DNA of 13,829 bases from an uncultured Deinococcales bacterium (GTDB lineage Bacteria; Deinococcota; Deinococci; Deinococcales; JAAFIG01). A program made the translations under genes and the position numbers. Location: positions 1 to 13,829 of the forward strand of contig CAXTKV010000145.1 in NCBI GenBank assembly GCA_964244895.1, given 5' to 3'. The notes under the pieces are model-generated. The model saw nothing but the letters and a program-made list of their open reading frames with translations. It ran no database searches and was not told the origin of the DNA. This document shows, piece by piece, positions 1 through 7,539 of the stretch. Within the stretch, counting starts at the first letter, position 1. Each line of letters opens with the position of its first letter.

Positions 1-855
1 CGCTGCCGCTGCCACGGGCGCGGCTTCGACCATATCGGCGGCCGCTTCGGCGGCCCCGGCGTCGGGTTGGACGCCAGCGCCAGGTTCCGGGGTCAGACGA
101 CCACCAGCAACGTCAGCTTTATCGGCACCTGGGTTCCCGGCGCGAAAGCCGTCAATTACCCGGACGGCACGGGCGTGCTGATGAAACCCGGCTCGGAGAT
201 CATCATGCAGGTGCATTACAACCTGCTCGCCGGGGACGGCGCGGATCGTACCGCCGCGCGGTTGTACTTCGCGCCCACGGGTCAGGAACGCCGCAATTTG
301 CGGATCGTGACGCTGATCGGCCCCGTCGAAATCCCCTGCCCCGAAGCGGATTCCGCCAAACCCGAATGCCAGCGCGAGAGCGCCTACAAACGCGTCAGCG
401 CCTACCAGGAACCCGGACTGACCAACATCCTGCGCGATGGATTGTTGATGAGCTTCTGCAAGGCCAGCCTTCAGGAATACCGCACCAAGAATGGCCTGGT
501 CACGACCAGTTGCGAATTCCCGCTGTCATCTGATCGCACCATCTACGGCGTGCAGGGCCACATGCACCTCCTGGGCACCAGCATCAAGCTCGAGGCCAAC
601 CCGAACGATCCCGCGCGGCGCACGTTGTTGCTGGATATTCCGCGCTACGACTTTCACTGGCAGAGCGGTTTCTGGCTCGAGAAACCCATCGATGTCAACA
701 AGGGCGACCTGATGCGCGTCACCTGTACCTTCGACAACAGCCCAACGAACCAACCCTGGATCGATGGCGCGCAAGCCAAACCCCGTTACGTCGTCTGGGC
801 CGAAGGCACGACCGACGAGATGTGCCTGGGCGGGTTGTTCACCGCCAACCGTTGA
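1..855 (+). CDS. Copper type II ascorbate-dependent monooxygenase-like protein (PHM/DBH-type C-terminal domain), 5'-truncated by the window edge
   Basis: Frame is open from position 1 to TGA at 853-855. It contains family-typical motifs: WVPG, 'G(S)EIIMQVHYN', 'HMHLLG' (CuM histidines), 'YDFHWQ' and 'WAEGTTDEMC' (CuM methionine). Confidence 0.8.
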   Translation, partial: RCRCHGRGFDHIGGRFGGPGVGLDASARFRGQTTTSNVSFIGTWVPGAKAVNYPDGTGVLMKPGSEIIMQVHYNLLAGDGADRTAARLYFAPTGQERRNLRIVTLIGPVEIPCPEADSAKPECQRESAYKRVSAYQEPGLTNILRDGLLMSFCKASLQEYRTKNGLVTTSCEFPLSSDRTIYGVQGHMHLLGTSIKLEANPNDPARRTLLLDIPRYDFHWQSGFWLEKPIDVNKGDLMRVTCTFDNSPTNQPWIDGAQAKPRYVVWAEGTTDEMCLGGLFTANR

Positions 856-865
856 TGCCGTGAAA

Positions 866-906
866 GCGATCTCGAGCCGAGTTTGAACGATCCGCCTCGA
901 GATCGC
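866..906. other. Perfect 11-bp inverted repeat (GCGATCTCGAG ... CTCGAGATCGC) just after the monooxygenase stop; possible 3' stabilising hairpin or terminator
   Basis: Arms at 866-876 and 896-906 with a 19-nt loop, 10 nt after the stop codon. There is no U-tract. Confidence 0.45.
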
Positions 907-915
907 GGTCACGCG

Positions 916-940
916 AGGGCGACCACAAGGGTTGCCCTGC
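916..940. repeat. Small REP-like hairpin AGGGCGACC-ACAAG-GGTTGCCCT(GC)
   Basis: 9-bp stem with one G-U pair at 916-924/930-938. It resembles GTAG-family REP hairpins of the ...GGGCGACCACAAGGGTCGCCCCTAC type, with a degenerate foot. Confidence 0.4.
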
Positions 941-997
941 CCTCGAGACGTACTGATTGCCCGTACCGTCTACACCGGCACGCCCTGAGCCCTCGAG

Positions 998-1044
998 AGC
1001 ACCGTCCAGGACGATGTTATTTGAATCGCGTACCAGACGGCGTT
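998..1044 (-). repeat. Intergenic palindromic element copy A (47 bp, degenerate)
   Basis: Plus strand AGCACCGTCCAGGACG-N15-CGTACCAGACGGCGTT. It overlaps the TAA of the 1044-1382 gene. Confidence 0.7.
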
Positions 1045-1382
1045 TATGGGATTTGCAAGCCGCGAACGCTCTCGGCTTCTGTCTCGAACCCCGCCTCCTC
1101 GAGCATGAACGCGAGAACGCCCAGGTAAAAGGATTCAGTCACGGTCACGTCGTACCCGTCCGGTGCGCCCCAGAAACCGTAGATCTCGACGTGACCGGAC
1201 GGAATGGTATACCCGTTGACTTCGCGGTCGTACTCGTCCAGGTCTTCGGGGTAGGTCACGCCGAAACCGCCATCGCTGTTGCCGTAGCCGTGGCGCAGCA
1301 CAGCGAATTCAGCCAGTTGACGCAACGAACTCCAGGATCGCACGCTCTCGCGCACGGCGGTTTCGGGATCGGGAGCGTCCAT
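1044..1382 (-). CDS. Hypothetical protein, possible CdiI-like (toxin immunity) protein
   Basis: Small acidic protein with 'GFGVTYPEDLDEYD...GHVEIY...VTVTESFYLGVL', reminiscent by eye of CdiI-type immunity proteins. Start placed at ATG 1382, with TATGCT 5 nt upstream; the ORF track allows 1442. Confidence 0.55.
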   Translation of the reverse strand: MDAPDPETAVRESVRSWSSLRQLAEFAVLRHGYGNSDGGFGVTYPEDLDEYDREVNGYTIPSGHVEIYGFWGAPDGYDVTVTESFYLGVLAFMLEEAGFETEAESVRGLQIP

Positions 1383-1448
1383 GCAACAGCATATCCGGCT
1401 CGAGATTTGCGCGCAGCTCGAGCCGGAAGATTGACGCATCAACGCGCG

Positions 1449-1961
1449 TCAGTTTATGGCGTCGAGCGCAGCCGTGAAGTGAACCAGGTGCTGTTCGACA
1501 AACGCTTCCATTTTCTGAGTTAACTCCTGATGATCAATTTGTGCTGCCATTTCGTCGAGTGCCCTGGCGGCAGTGGATGCTGCACCAGTCCACTTCGTTC
1601 CGTACAGCTCGGCTCGATTCGTGATTTCAAACTCCTGCAACCCGGCAGCCTGGCGCTGGCAATTTTCATAATCCAGGCCTGCTGCTCGAGCTCGTTCCGT
1701 CATCTCGCCAAGGATTTTCGCCTCACGGTTGCAGCCGATGGCTTCGAGCGCAGCGACGGTCTCGTCCGGGTAACGACCAGTGCTATTCCCAAAGAAGTTC
1801 AGAATTCCGTTCATCTCGACCTCAGTCAGATAGTCGAGTAACAGCATGATGATTGCAATGGGGTTGGTGATGTCTCGAATTCGGTCATCGTTTCGGATTT
1901 CTGAAAGCGGCAACCCGTAGATTTGTACCGAAAATTGGTCGAGCGCATCCGCTGGTTTCAC
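1449..1961 (-). CDS. DUF4375/DMP19-like hypothetical protein
   Basis: Motif 'EVEMNGILNFFGNSTG...ETVAALEAIG' matches the DUF4375 pattern (EV.NGG..QFF.NS.G...AL..IG). Probable GTG start at 1961 after GGAGTAGG; the ORF track start is 2000. Confidence 0.7.
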   Translation of the reverse strand: MKPADALDQFSVQIYGLPLSEIRNDDRIRDITNPIAIIMLLLDYLTEVEMNGILNFFGNSTGRYPDETVAALEAIGCNREAKILGEMTERARAAGLDYENCQRQAAGLQEFEITNRAELYGTKWTGAASTAARALDEMAAQIDHQELTQKMEAFVEQHLVHFTAALDAIN

Positions 1962-2004
1962 ATCATCGCCTACTCCCCACCTGCACGACGGGTCTTGCAA
2001 ACCT

Positions 2005-2514
2005 TCACTCGAGATCGAGCTCGATTTTCGCCTTGGAAACCCACTCGGGCGCGGAATCGATGTTCTGCCGGAGCATCAGGTTCAACTGTGCGGCGTGGTG
2101 CTGGACGTGGCGCATTTGGTACAGCAGAAATTCCGTGACGCTCATGTCGCGGCGTCTGAAGCTGCTCTGCTGACGGGCTTTCTCGTCCGTCAGGTCCTGA
2201 ATCACTGCGCGGCACTTCTGGCGCCCGTGTTCCAGGTAGGTTTGCAATTCGTCTTTCGTGTACACCCGATCCGGCAGCACGCCCGCCGGGTCGAGTTCCT
2301 CGAGCCCAAACGGTGCGGGCGGCCTGAAGCCATCCGGTGAATTTGACAGGTACATGTCCAGCCAGAACAGCGTGTGGTACGTCACGTACCAGAATTCTGG
2401 ATTCTTTGATCGGTCACCCCAGAGGCTTTCCGGGCAGGCGTTCACGGCGTTCTCGAGCATGTCGATAGAGGCTCCGAATTGCTGCCAGAGGATGGTTTTC
2501 CAGAATGCGTCCAC
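2005..2514 (-). CDS. DinB/YfiT-family (DinB_2) putative metal-dependent protein
   Basis: Sequence 'QFGASIDMLENAVNACP..LW', 'YHTLFWLDMYL' and C-terminal 'RHVQHH' give the histidine triad of the DinB fold. AAAGGAG RBS lies 6 nt before GTG 2514. Confidence 0.85.
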   Translation of the reverse strand: MDAFWKTILWQQFGASIDMLENAVNACPESLWGDRSKNPEFWYVTYHTLFWLDMYLSNSPDGFRPPAPFGLEELDPAGVLPDRVYTKDELQTYLEHGRQKCRAVIQDLTDEKARQQSSFRRRDMSVTEFLLYQMRHVQHHAAQLNLMLRQNIDSAPEWVSKAKIELDLE

Positions 2515-2578
2515 GTCAGGCTCCTTTCGAATATTGGTCACGAAAACCGTATCACGAAAGGTATCTTTGAGTCTCGAG

Positions 2579-2625
2579 AACACCGTCCAGCACGCAACTC
2601 AACAAACATCGTCCCACACGGTGTT
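2579..2625 (+). repeat. Intergenic palindromic element copy B (47 bp), flanked by inverted GTCTCGAG...CTCGAGAC
   Basis: AACACCGTCCAGCACG-CAACTCAACAAACAT-CGTCCCACACGGTGTT, between the divergent DinB-family and holA starts. Confidence 0.8.
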
Positions 2626-2650
2626 CCTCGAGACTTCCCGCAACCCGACG

Positions 2651-2656
2651 TATACT
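2651..2656 (+). promoter_or_regulatory. -10 element TATACT of a probably leaderless holA transcript
   Basis: TATACT-N6-ATG(2663), with no Shine-Dalgarno sequence between. Confidence 0.7.
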
Positions 2657-2662
2657 CCCCGC

Positions 2663-3610
2663 ATGATCCTGGCGTTTATCGGCAACCGTTTTCTGATCGA
2701 GGAATCCGCGCGGGATGCCCTGCGCCAGAAAGGATTCCAGCCCAGGGACGTGCCGTGGCTGGACGAGGAAGTCACGCCGGAATCTGTTGCGCCGTACCTC
2801 GAGGGCGGGCTGTTTGGTCCGGCGGTGGCGGTGGTGGATTTGGGCGGCGTCAAGGAGTACAAGCTGGTGCTCGAGGCCTTGCAACTCGCGCAGGACGCAG
2901 TAATCGTGCTGCTGGACGCGGAAAACTGGACGAGCAACGAGTCCAGCGGCGAGGTCATGCGCAAACGCAAGGCCCAGGAAGCCCGCGTCAAGGTCTACGA
3001 GAAAGCCAAGTCCAGCGTGACGCTCTTGCCCACGCCCGTCAAGGGCGCGCTGGTCAAATGGGTGATCGAACGCGCCAAAAGCATGAAGCTCAAACTGGAA
3101 CCGGACGCGGCGCGAATCCTCTCGGAGATCTTCCCGGACGACCCGCCGACCATCGCGGGCGAACTCGAGAAACTCTCCGTCCTGGAAGGCAAGGTGGACG
3201 CCGCGACCGTGCAGCGCGTGGTCAACCACTTGCCACCCACGACGGTGTTCGCGGTTTTAGAAGCCGCCGCCAAACGCAAACCAGGCGAGGCCGCCGATCA
3301 CCTGTCCCGATTGATGGACGCCGGAGAGGACGCCTTCAAGCTGATGGGCGCGATTCAGGGTCAGTACCAGCTGAACGCCCGCGCCTTCGCGCTGCGCGAA
3401 CGCGACTCTTTTATCAGCCCGGAGGAAGCCGGGAAGATCCTGAGCGTCCACCCGTTTCGCGCGCAGAAAGCGCTCGAGGCCGTCAAGGGCTTGTCCGAGA
3501 GGCGCTTGCTGATGAACCTGAACGCGATCCTGGACGCGGATCGCGGCATGAAATCCGGTCTCGATCCCAGGTTGACGCTCGAGACGCTGGTGATCGAACT
3601 CTCGCGCTGA
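2663..3610 (+). CDS. holA: DNA polymerase III delta subunit
   Basis: Starts 'MILAFIGNRFL' and contains 'GGLFG', 'WVIERAK', 'IAGELEKL', 'VHPFRAQKAL' and 'ILDADRGMKSGLDPRLTLETLVIEL', all typical of HolA. The upstream part of the 2258 ORF is antisense to the DinB-family gene and is not part of this protein. Confidence 0.92.
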   Translation: MILAFIGNRFLIEESARDALRQKGFQPRDVPWLDEEVTPESVAPYLEGGLFGPAVAVVDLGGVKEYKLVLEALQLAQDAVIVLLDAENWTSNESSGEVMRKRKAQEARVKVYEKAKSSVTLLPTPVKGALVKWVIERAKSMKLKLEPDAARILSEIFPDDPPTIAGELEKLSVLEGKVDAATVQRVVNHLPPTTVFAVLEAAAKRKPGEAADHLSRLMDAGEDAFKLMGAIQGQYQLNARAFALRERDSFISPEEAGKILSVHPFRAQKALEAVKGLSERRLLMNLNAILDADRGMKSGLDPRLTLETLVIELSR

Positions 3611-3625
3611 AAAGGTTGGCGCGAG

Positions 3626-3671
3626 AACACCGTCCAGGCCCCATACTCTAATTCGCGTGCTGGACGGTGTT
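3626..3671 (-). repeat. Intergenic palindromic element copy C (46 bp)
   Basis: AACACCGTCCAGGCCC-CATACTCTAATTCG-CGTGCTGGACGGTGTT, 15 nt after the holA stop. Confidence 0.85.
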
Positions 3672-3721
3672 TGTGAAGCGTGCCGTTTAAGAAAACCCGT
3701 CTTGCACGACAAAAAATGCTT

Positions 3722-3753
3722 TGTCATCCTGAGGAGCCTGAGACGTAGGATCT
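3722..3753 (+). repeat. Degenerate half of a TGTCATCCTGAG...AGGATCT-type short intergenic repeat
   Basis: TGTCATCCTGAGGAGCCTGAGACGTAGGATCT resembles a widespread bacterial intergenic repeat recalled from memory. It is a single copy here, with no clear complementary partner. Confidence 0.35.
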
Positions 3754-3851
3754 TTCGCCATCGCTCGCCCGAGATTGCCAACCGTACTTCGAGCCAGCTT
3801 CTCGTGCCGAAACACTGCTCTGGACGCACGCCTTGAACCGAGTGCGGAATC

Positions 3852-4739
3852 TTAGTGCGACGAGCCGCTTTCCAAGAGTGGTCGGAGGTGTTGGGCAGCC
3901 CAGTCATCGAATGCGGTGGGCGTGGTCGTCTCTAAGGTGCGTGGCTCAGCGCGGTAAATGCCGCTCTCGACGGCGGCCCACATGCCCAACATTTCTTCGA
4001 TGCCCGCATCGCTCTGGCCGTATCCGCGCATGGTCGCACGGTACGCGTCGGCGCTCAGGTATTGGAAACGAATCGGGCGGTTCAGGACTCGAGCCAGGAT
4101 CGCTGCCGTGGCCTCGAAGCTCAGGTCCTGGGAGCCGTGGACGCCCACGCCCTCCTGACCCGTCCAGTCGGATTGCGTCAGCCAACCCACCGCGACCGCC
4201 GCGATGTCTCGGGTGGCGACGGTCGGTACGGCCACGTCGCCGCGCATGGGGTACGCGAGAACGCCGCGCTTGAGACCTTCGACCTGATAGAGGTAGTTCT
4301 CCATGAAGTTGCCGCAGCGCAGGTGGCGGATGGCGCGTCCCGTCGCGTTCAGGATGTCCTCGACCGCGTGCAGAGCAGAGATCGGCCCGGCGTCGCGCGC
4401 CAGGCCCTTGCCGCCGCTCGAGACGTTGACGACGCGCTCCACGTCGCTCGCGGTGATGGCTTTCGCGGCTGCCTGGGCAAAGTGCGCGTAGTTCTCGAGG
4501 ACGCTGCCCTCGCCGTCGGGTGGCGTGACCCACAGGAGGCCGGTGACGCCCTCCAGGGCGCGCCCGAGGGCGCGCGGGTCGTCGCTCGAACCGGTGACGG
4601 CCTGGACGCGCGACAGAAGGTTCGCGTCGAGCTTGCCGGGGTTTCTCGCCAGGACGCGAAGCGGTACGTTCGCCTCGAACAAGCGTTCGAGAACCTGAGA
4701 GCCGATGTGACCGGTGGGCGTGGTGACGAGGACAGTCAT
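3852..4739 (-). CDS. NmrA-like / atypical SDR NAD(P)H-binding protein
   Basis: N-terminal Rossmann motif 'VLVTTPTGHIGS', then 'LRCGNFMEN' and 'VATRDIAAVA'. GGAGG RBS lies ahead of ATG 4739. Confidence 0.88.
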   Translation of the reverse strand: MTVLVTTPTGHIGSQVLERLFEANVPLRVLARNPGKLDANLLSRVQAVTGSSDDPRALGRALEGVTGLLWVTPPDGEGSVLENYAHFAQAAAKAITASDVERVVNVSSGGKGLARDAGPISALHAVEDILNATGRAIRHLRCGNFMENYLYQVEGLKRGVLAYPMRGDVAVPTVATRDIAAVAVGWLTQSDWTGQEGVGVHGSQDLSFEATAAILARVLNRPIRFQYLSADAYRATMRGYGQSDAGIEEMLGMWAAVESGIYRAEPRTLETTTPTAFDDWAAQHLRPLLESGSSH

Positions 4740-4780
4740 GGTGGTTCCTCCCGAGCAAAAATCGTTTCCATAGCAGATCG

Positions 4781-4809
4781 TTAGCATAACAAACTGTTTG
4801 TGATGCTAA
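4781..4809. promoter_or_regulatory. Putative MarR operator: TTAGCATAACAAAC-T-GTTTGTGATGCTAA
   Basis: 14-bp arms with 13/14 match in the divergent nmrA-like/marR spacer. It overlaps the marR -10 (TAAGCT 4807-4812, 6 nt before GTG 4819). Confidence 0.7.
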
Positions 4810-4818
4810 GCTATTCCA

Positions 4819-5295
4819 GTGCCGAAGTCAACCGCGACTGACCCCGATCCCTTTGAGCGCCCGCCCGGATTGCCCAAAGCAATCTCGCACCACACGAGTC
4901 TGTTGATGTACAAACTGAGCCAGTTCATGCAATCGGAACTCGACCGCGCACTCGAGCCATCCGGCATTGACACGCGCCGATACAGCGTCCTCGGCGTGCT
5001 AGCGCACATGGGGCCGCTCTCGCAGCAGGCCGTGGGCGCAAAGCTCCGCATCGACCGCGCCACGATGGTCGGGCTGCTGGACGACCTCGAACGCCTGGGT
5101 TTCCTCGAGCGCCGCCGCAACGCCGACGACCGCCGCCTTTACGACCTGACGATCACCGACGCCGGACGCGCCGCCGTCCTGAAGGCCGAAAACGCCGTGC
5201 GAAGCTTCGAGGCCCGGATGTTCGCGCCCCTGGCCGCGTCAGCCCGCAAGCAGTTGCACAGCCTTCTTTCCAGCCTGACCGCCCCGAACGAGTAA
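4819..5295 (+). CDS. MarR-family transcriptional regulator
   Basis: Winged-helix signature 'LSQQAVGAKLRIDRATMVGLLDDLERLGFLERRRNADDRR...LTITDAGR'. It is divergent from the oxidoreductase. Confidence 0.92.
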   Translation: MPKSTATDPDPFERPPGLPKAISHHTSLLMYKLSQFMQSELDRALEPSGIDTRRYSVLGVLAHMGPLSQQAVGAKLRIDRATMVGLLDDLERLGFLERRRNADDRRLYDLTITDAGRAAVLKAENAVRSFEARMFAPLAASARKQLHSLLSSLTAPNE

Positions 5296-5339
5296 CACCG
5301 TCCCAGACGCATTCTCGAGTTCGCGTGTGGGACGGTGTT
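5294..5339 (-). repeat. Intergenic palindromic element copy D (46 bp, with compensatory changes)
   Basis: AACACCGTCCCAGACG-CATTCTCGAGTTCG-CGTGTGGGACGGTGTT, starting inside the marR TAA stop. Confidence 0.85.
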
Positions 5340-5405
5340 GTCGCGTCTCGGGGTCTGGTCAAAATCTGCAACTGTTTCGTGCCCGACCGCGTACATTCGT
5401 ACCGG

Positions 5406-6791
5406 ATGGACACCTGCCCGTTTTGCGCCACCAGCATTCCCGATCAATCCATCACCTGCCCCAGTTGCGGTGCGGCCTTGGGCGGTTTGCAATTGCGCGT
5501 TGGAACCGTGCTGCACAATGGCGCGTTGACGCTCGAGCGGGTTCTGGGGCAGGGCGGTTTCGGCATCACCTACCTGGCGCACGATGAACAATTGAATCGC
5601 AGCGTGTCCGTCAAGGAACTCTTCCCGGAAGGTTCCACCCGTCGGGGCAACAATGTCGTTCCGCCCGCCACTTACGGCGCGCGGGGTTTCCAGGACGCCC
5701 GAACGCGCTTTCTCGAGGAAGCCCGTACCCTGGCGCAGTTCCATCACGAAGGCGTGATTCGCGTGTACGGCGTCTTCGAGGAAAACGCGACCGCTTACAT
5801 GACGATGGAATACCTGGAAGGGCACACGCTCGGCCAGGAAATCAACCAGCTTGGGCCGCTCGAGCCGAAGACGGTGCGAGAGATCGCGGAACGAATCCTG
5901 GACGCCCTGGAAGTCGTTCACCGCGCCGGGTTGTTGCACCGCGACATCAAACCCGACAACGTCTTCCTGGCCGATGACGGTCGCGTGGTGCTGATCGACT
6001 TCGGTTCCGCCCGCACCTTCGTCTCGAGCCAGACCGTGCAGCACACGCGCCTGGTCAGCGCTGGGTACGCCGCGCCCGAGCAGTACGCGTCCAGCGCCAA
6101 GTTTGGGCCGTACACGGACATTTATGGCCTGTCCGCGACCTTGTACCACGCCCTGATGGGTCAAGCTCCACCCAGCGCTACAGATCGGTTCATCGGCTCG
6201 AGCGTGCCCGCCTTGCCTTTGAGCGTGGGTGAGGGTTTGCGGAATGCGATTGAGCGCGGATTGAAGCTCAACGTGACGGAGCGACCGCCGGATGTCACTG
6301 GAATGATTTCTCTAATGCAGGAATCGACGCCTCAAAAAGCGCTTCAACAAATCTCGAAATCAAATCAGAATTTGCCAAAACAAAATAAGAGAACATCAGT
6401 TGTTGATATCACGCCCGAAATTGCTATAAGAGGCTCGATGCTGGAAGTGGCAAATAAACGCCACTCAATAGATAAAATAGAATGCTTCTTTATAGAAGAT
6501 CGGTCAGAGCCATTTGATCCAAAAAATCATGTAGCCGTTTTTGGAAGTCTTATATCTTTTCTGATCATTCTTTCTTTTTTTCCGCATGAATTAGCAAGCG
6601 TCGGTAGTTTTGGAATTATAATTCTTTTTGCTTTCATTTTTGCAGGATGGGTTTATATCTCCAGCAAATTTCGACCAAAAGGTAATTATGAACTCATCAT
6701 GCAGAAATCGGGACGCAGGTATGTCATCTTTGAGTCCGAGAATCGGTTAGAACTCGAGAACATCATTCAGCGCCTGACGCCTTATCTGTAG
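5406..6791 (+). CDS. Hanks-type Ser/Thr protein kinase with N-terminal zinc ribbon and C-terminal two-TM (DUF6232-like) domain
   Basis: CPFC...CPSC at the N-terminus; GQGGFG, VSVKE, HRDIKPDN, DFG and APE kinase motifs; two hydrophobic helices near the C-terminus. Start placed at ATG 5406. Confidence 0.9.
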   Translation: MDTCPFCATSIPDQSITCPSCGAALGGLQLRVGTVLHNGALTLERVLGQGGFGITYLAHDEQLNRSVSVKELFPEGSTRRGNNVVPPATYGARGFQDARTRFLEEARTLAQFHHEGVIRVYGVFEENATAYMTMEYLEGHTLGQEINQLGPLEPKTVREIAERILDALEVVHRAGLLHRDIKPDNVFLADDGRVVLIDFGSARTFVSSQTVQHTRLVSAGYAAPEQYASSAKFGPYTDIYGLSATLYHALMGQAPPSATDRFIGSSVPALPLSVGEGLRNAIERGLKLNVTERPPDVTGMISLMQESTPQKALQQISKSNQNLPKQNKRTSVVDITPEIAIRGSMLEVANKRHSIDKIECFFIEDRSEPFDPKNHVAVFGSLISFLIILSFFPHELASVGSFGIIILFAFIFAGWVYISSKFRPKGNYELIMQKSGRRYVIFESENRLELENIIQRLTPYL

Positions 6792-6806
6792 ATCGCTCAT
6801 CTTGTG

Positions 6807-6852
6807 AACACCGTCCAGCACGCGAGTTTAAGAATGCGTGCTGGACGGTGTT
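6807..6852 (+). repeat. Intergenic palindromic element copy E (46 bp, perfect 16-bp arms)
   Basis: AACACCGTCCAGCACG-CGAGTTTAAGAATG-CGTGCTGGACGGTGTT between the convergent kinase and NarL-type genes. Confidence 0.9.
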
Positions 6853-6873
6853 CTTACGTCTCAAGAGCCTTGT

Positions 6874-7527
6874 TTACGCGTCGTCCAGGCTCGCCAATCC
6901 TTCGCGGATGGCGTACAGCGCGGCCTGGGTGCGGTTGTTCAGTTGCAACTTGGCAAAAATCTCCGACAACCTGTTCCGCACGGTTTTCTCTGAAATGTTC
7001 AGCTTCAACGCAATTTCCTGGTTGCTCGAGCCCTGCGCCAGCAAGCGCAATATGGCGGCTTCGCGGTCGGTCAGGTCGTGGTGGCGCTCCACGGGCAGGG
7101 ATTCGCGTTTGACCTTGAAGTCTTCGAGGACGTTCTTGGCCATTTCAGGGTCTAGGAGCGTGTCGCCATCGTTGACCTGCCGGATGGCGTCGATCAGTTC
7201 GGAGGCGTCGGCATCCTTCAGGAGATACCCTCGAGCGCCCGCTTTGACGGCCTCAAAGACGTAATTGTCCTGGCGGTACATCGTCAGGATGATGACGTTG
7301 GCTTTCGGGTTGATCTCCAGGATGCTCTGCGTGGCGCGCACGCCGTCGAGTTCGGGCATCTGAATATCCATCAATATCACGTCGGGTTTGGTGTCCGCCG
7401 CGTAGCGCACGGCGTCGCGTCCGGTCTGGGCTTCGCCGATCACGCGCAGGTCGGGTTCCGTCTCGAGCAAGGATTTCAGGCCTTGACGGAACAGGGCGTG
7501 GTCATCGGCGAGCAAAATGCGAATCAT
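6874..7527 (-). CDS. NarL/FixJ (LuxR-HTH) family response regulator
   Basis: Receiver 'LLADDH...[10 protein letters not shown]...LTMY...GYLLKD' plus HTH '[34 protein letters not shown]'. Confidence 0.95.
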   Translation of the reverse strand: MIRILLADDHALFRQGLKSLLETEPDLRVIGEAQTGRDAVRYAADTKPDVILMDIQMPELDGVRATQSILEINPKANVIILTMYRQDNYVFEAVKAGARGYLLKDADASELIDAIRQVNDGDTLLDPEMAKNVLEDFKVKRESLPVERHHDLTDREAAILRLLAQGSSNQEIALKLNISEKTVRNRLSEIFAKLQLNNRTQAALYAIREGLASLDDA

Positions 7528-7539
7528 TCCTGGTTCAGC

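Noticed and set aside
1..48. Possible frameshift or chimeric start: RFGGPG where related proteins are recalled to have CFGGPG
   Set aside because: Too little sequence at the window edge to judge, and the frame is open.
2258..2662. 135-aa N-terminal extension of HolA in the ORF track
   Set aside because: It is antisense to the DinB-family gene and runs through repeat B. HolA similarity starts at ATG 2663, right after a -10 element.
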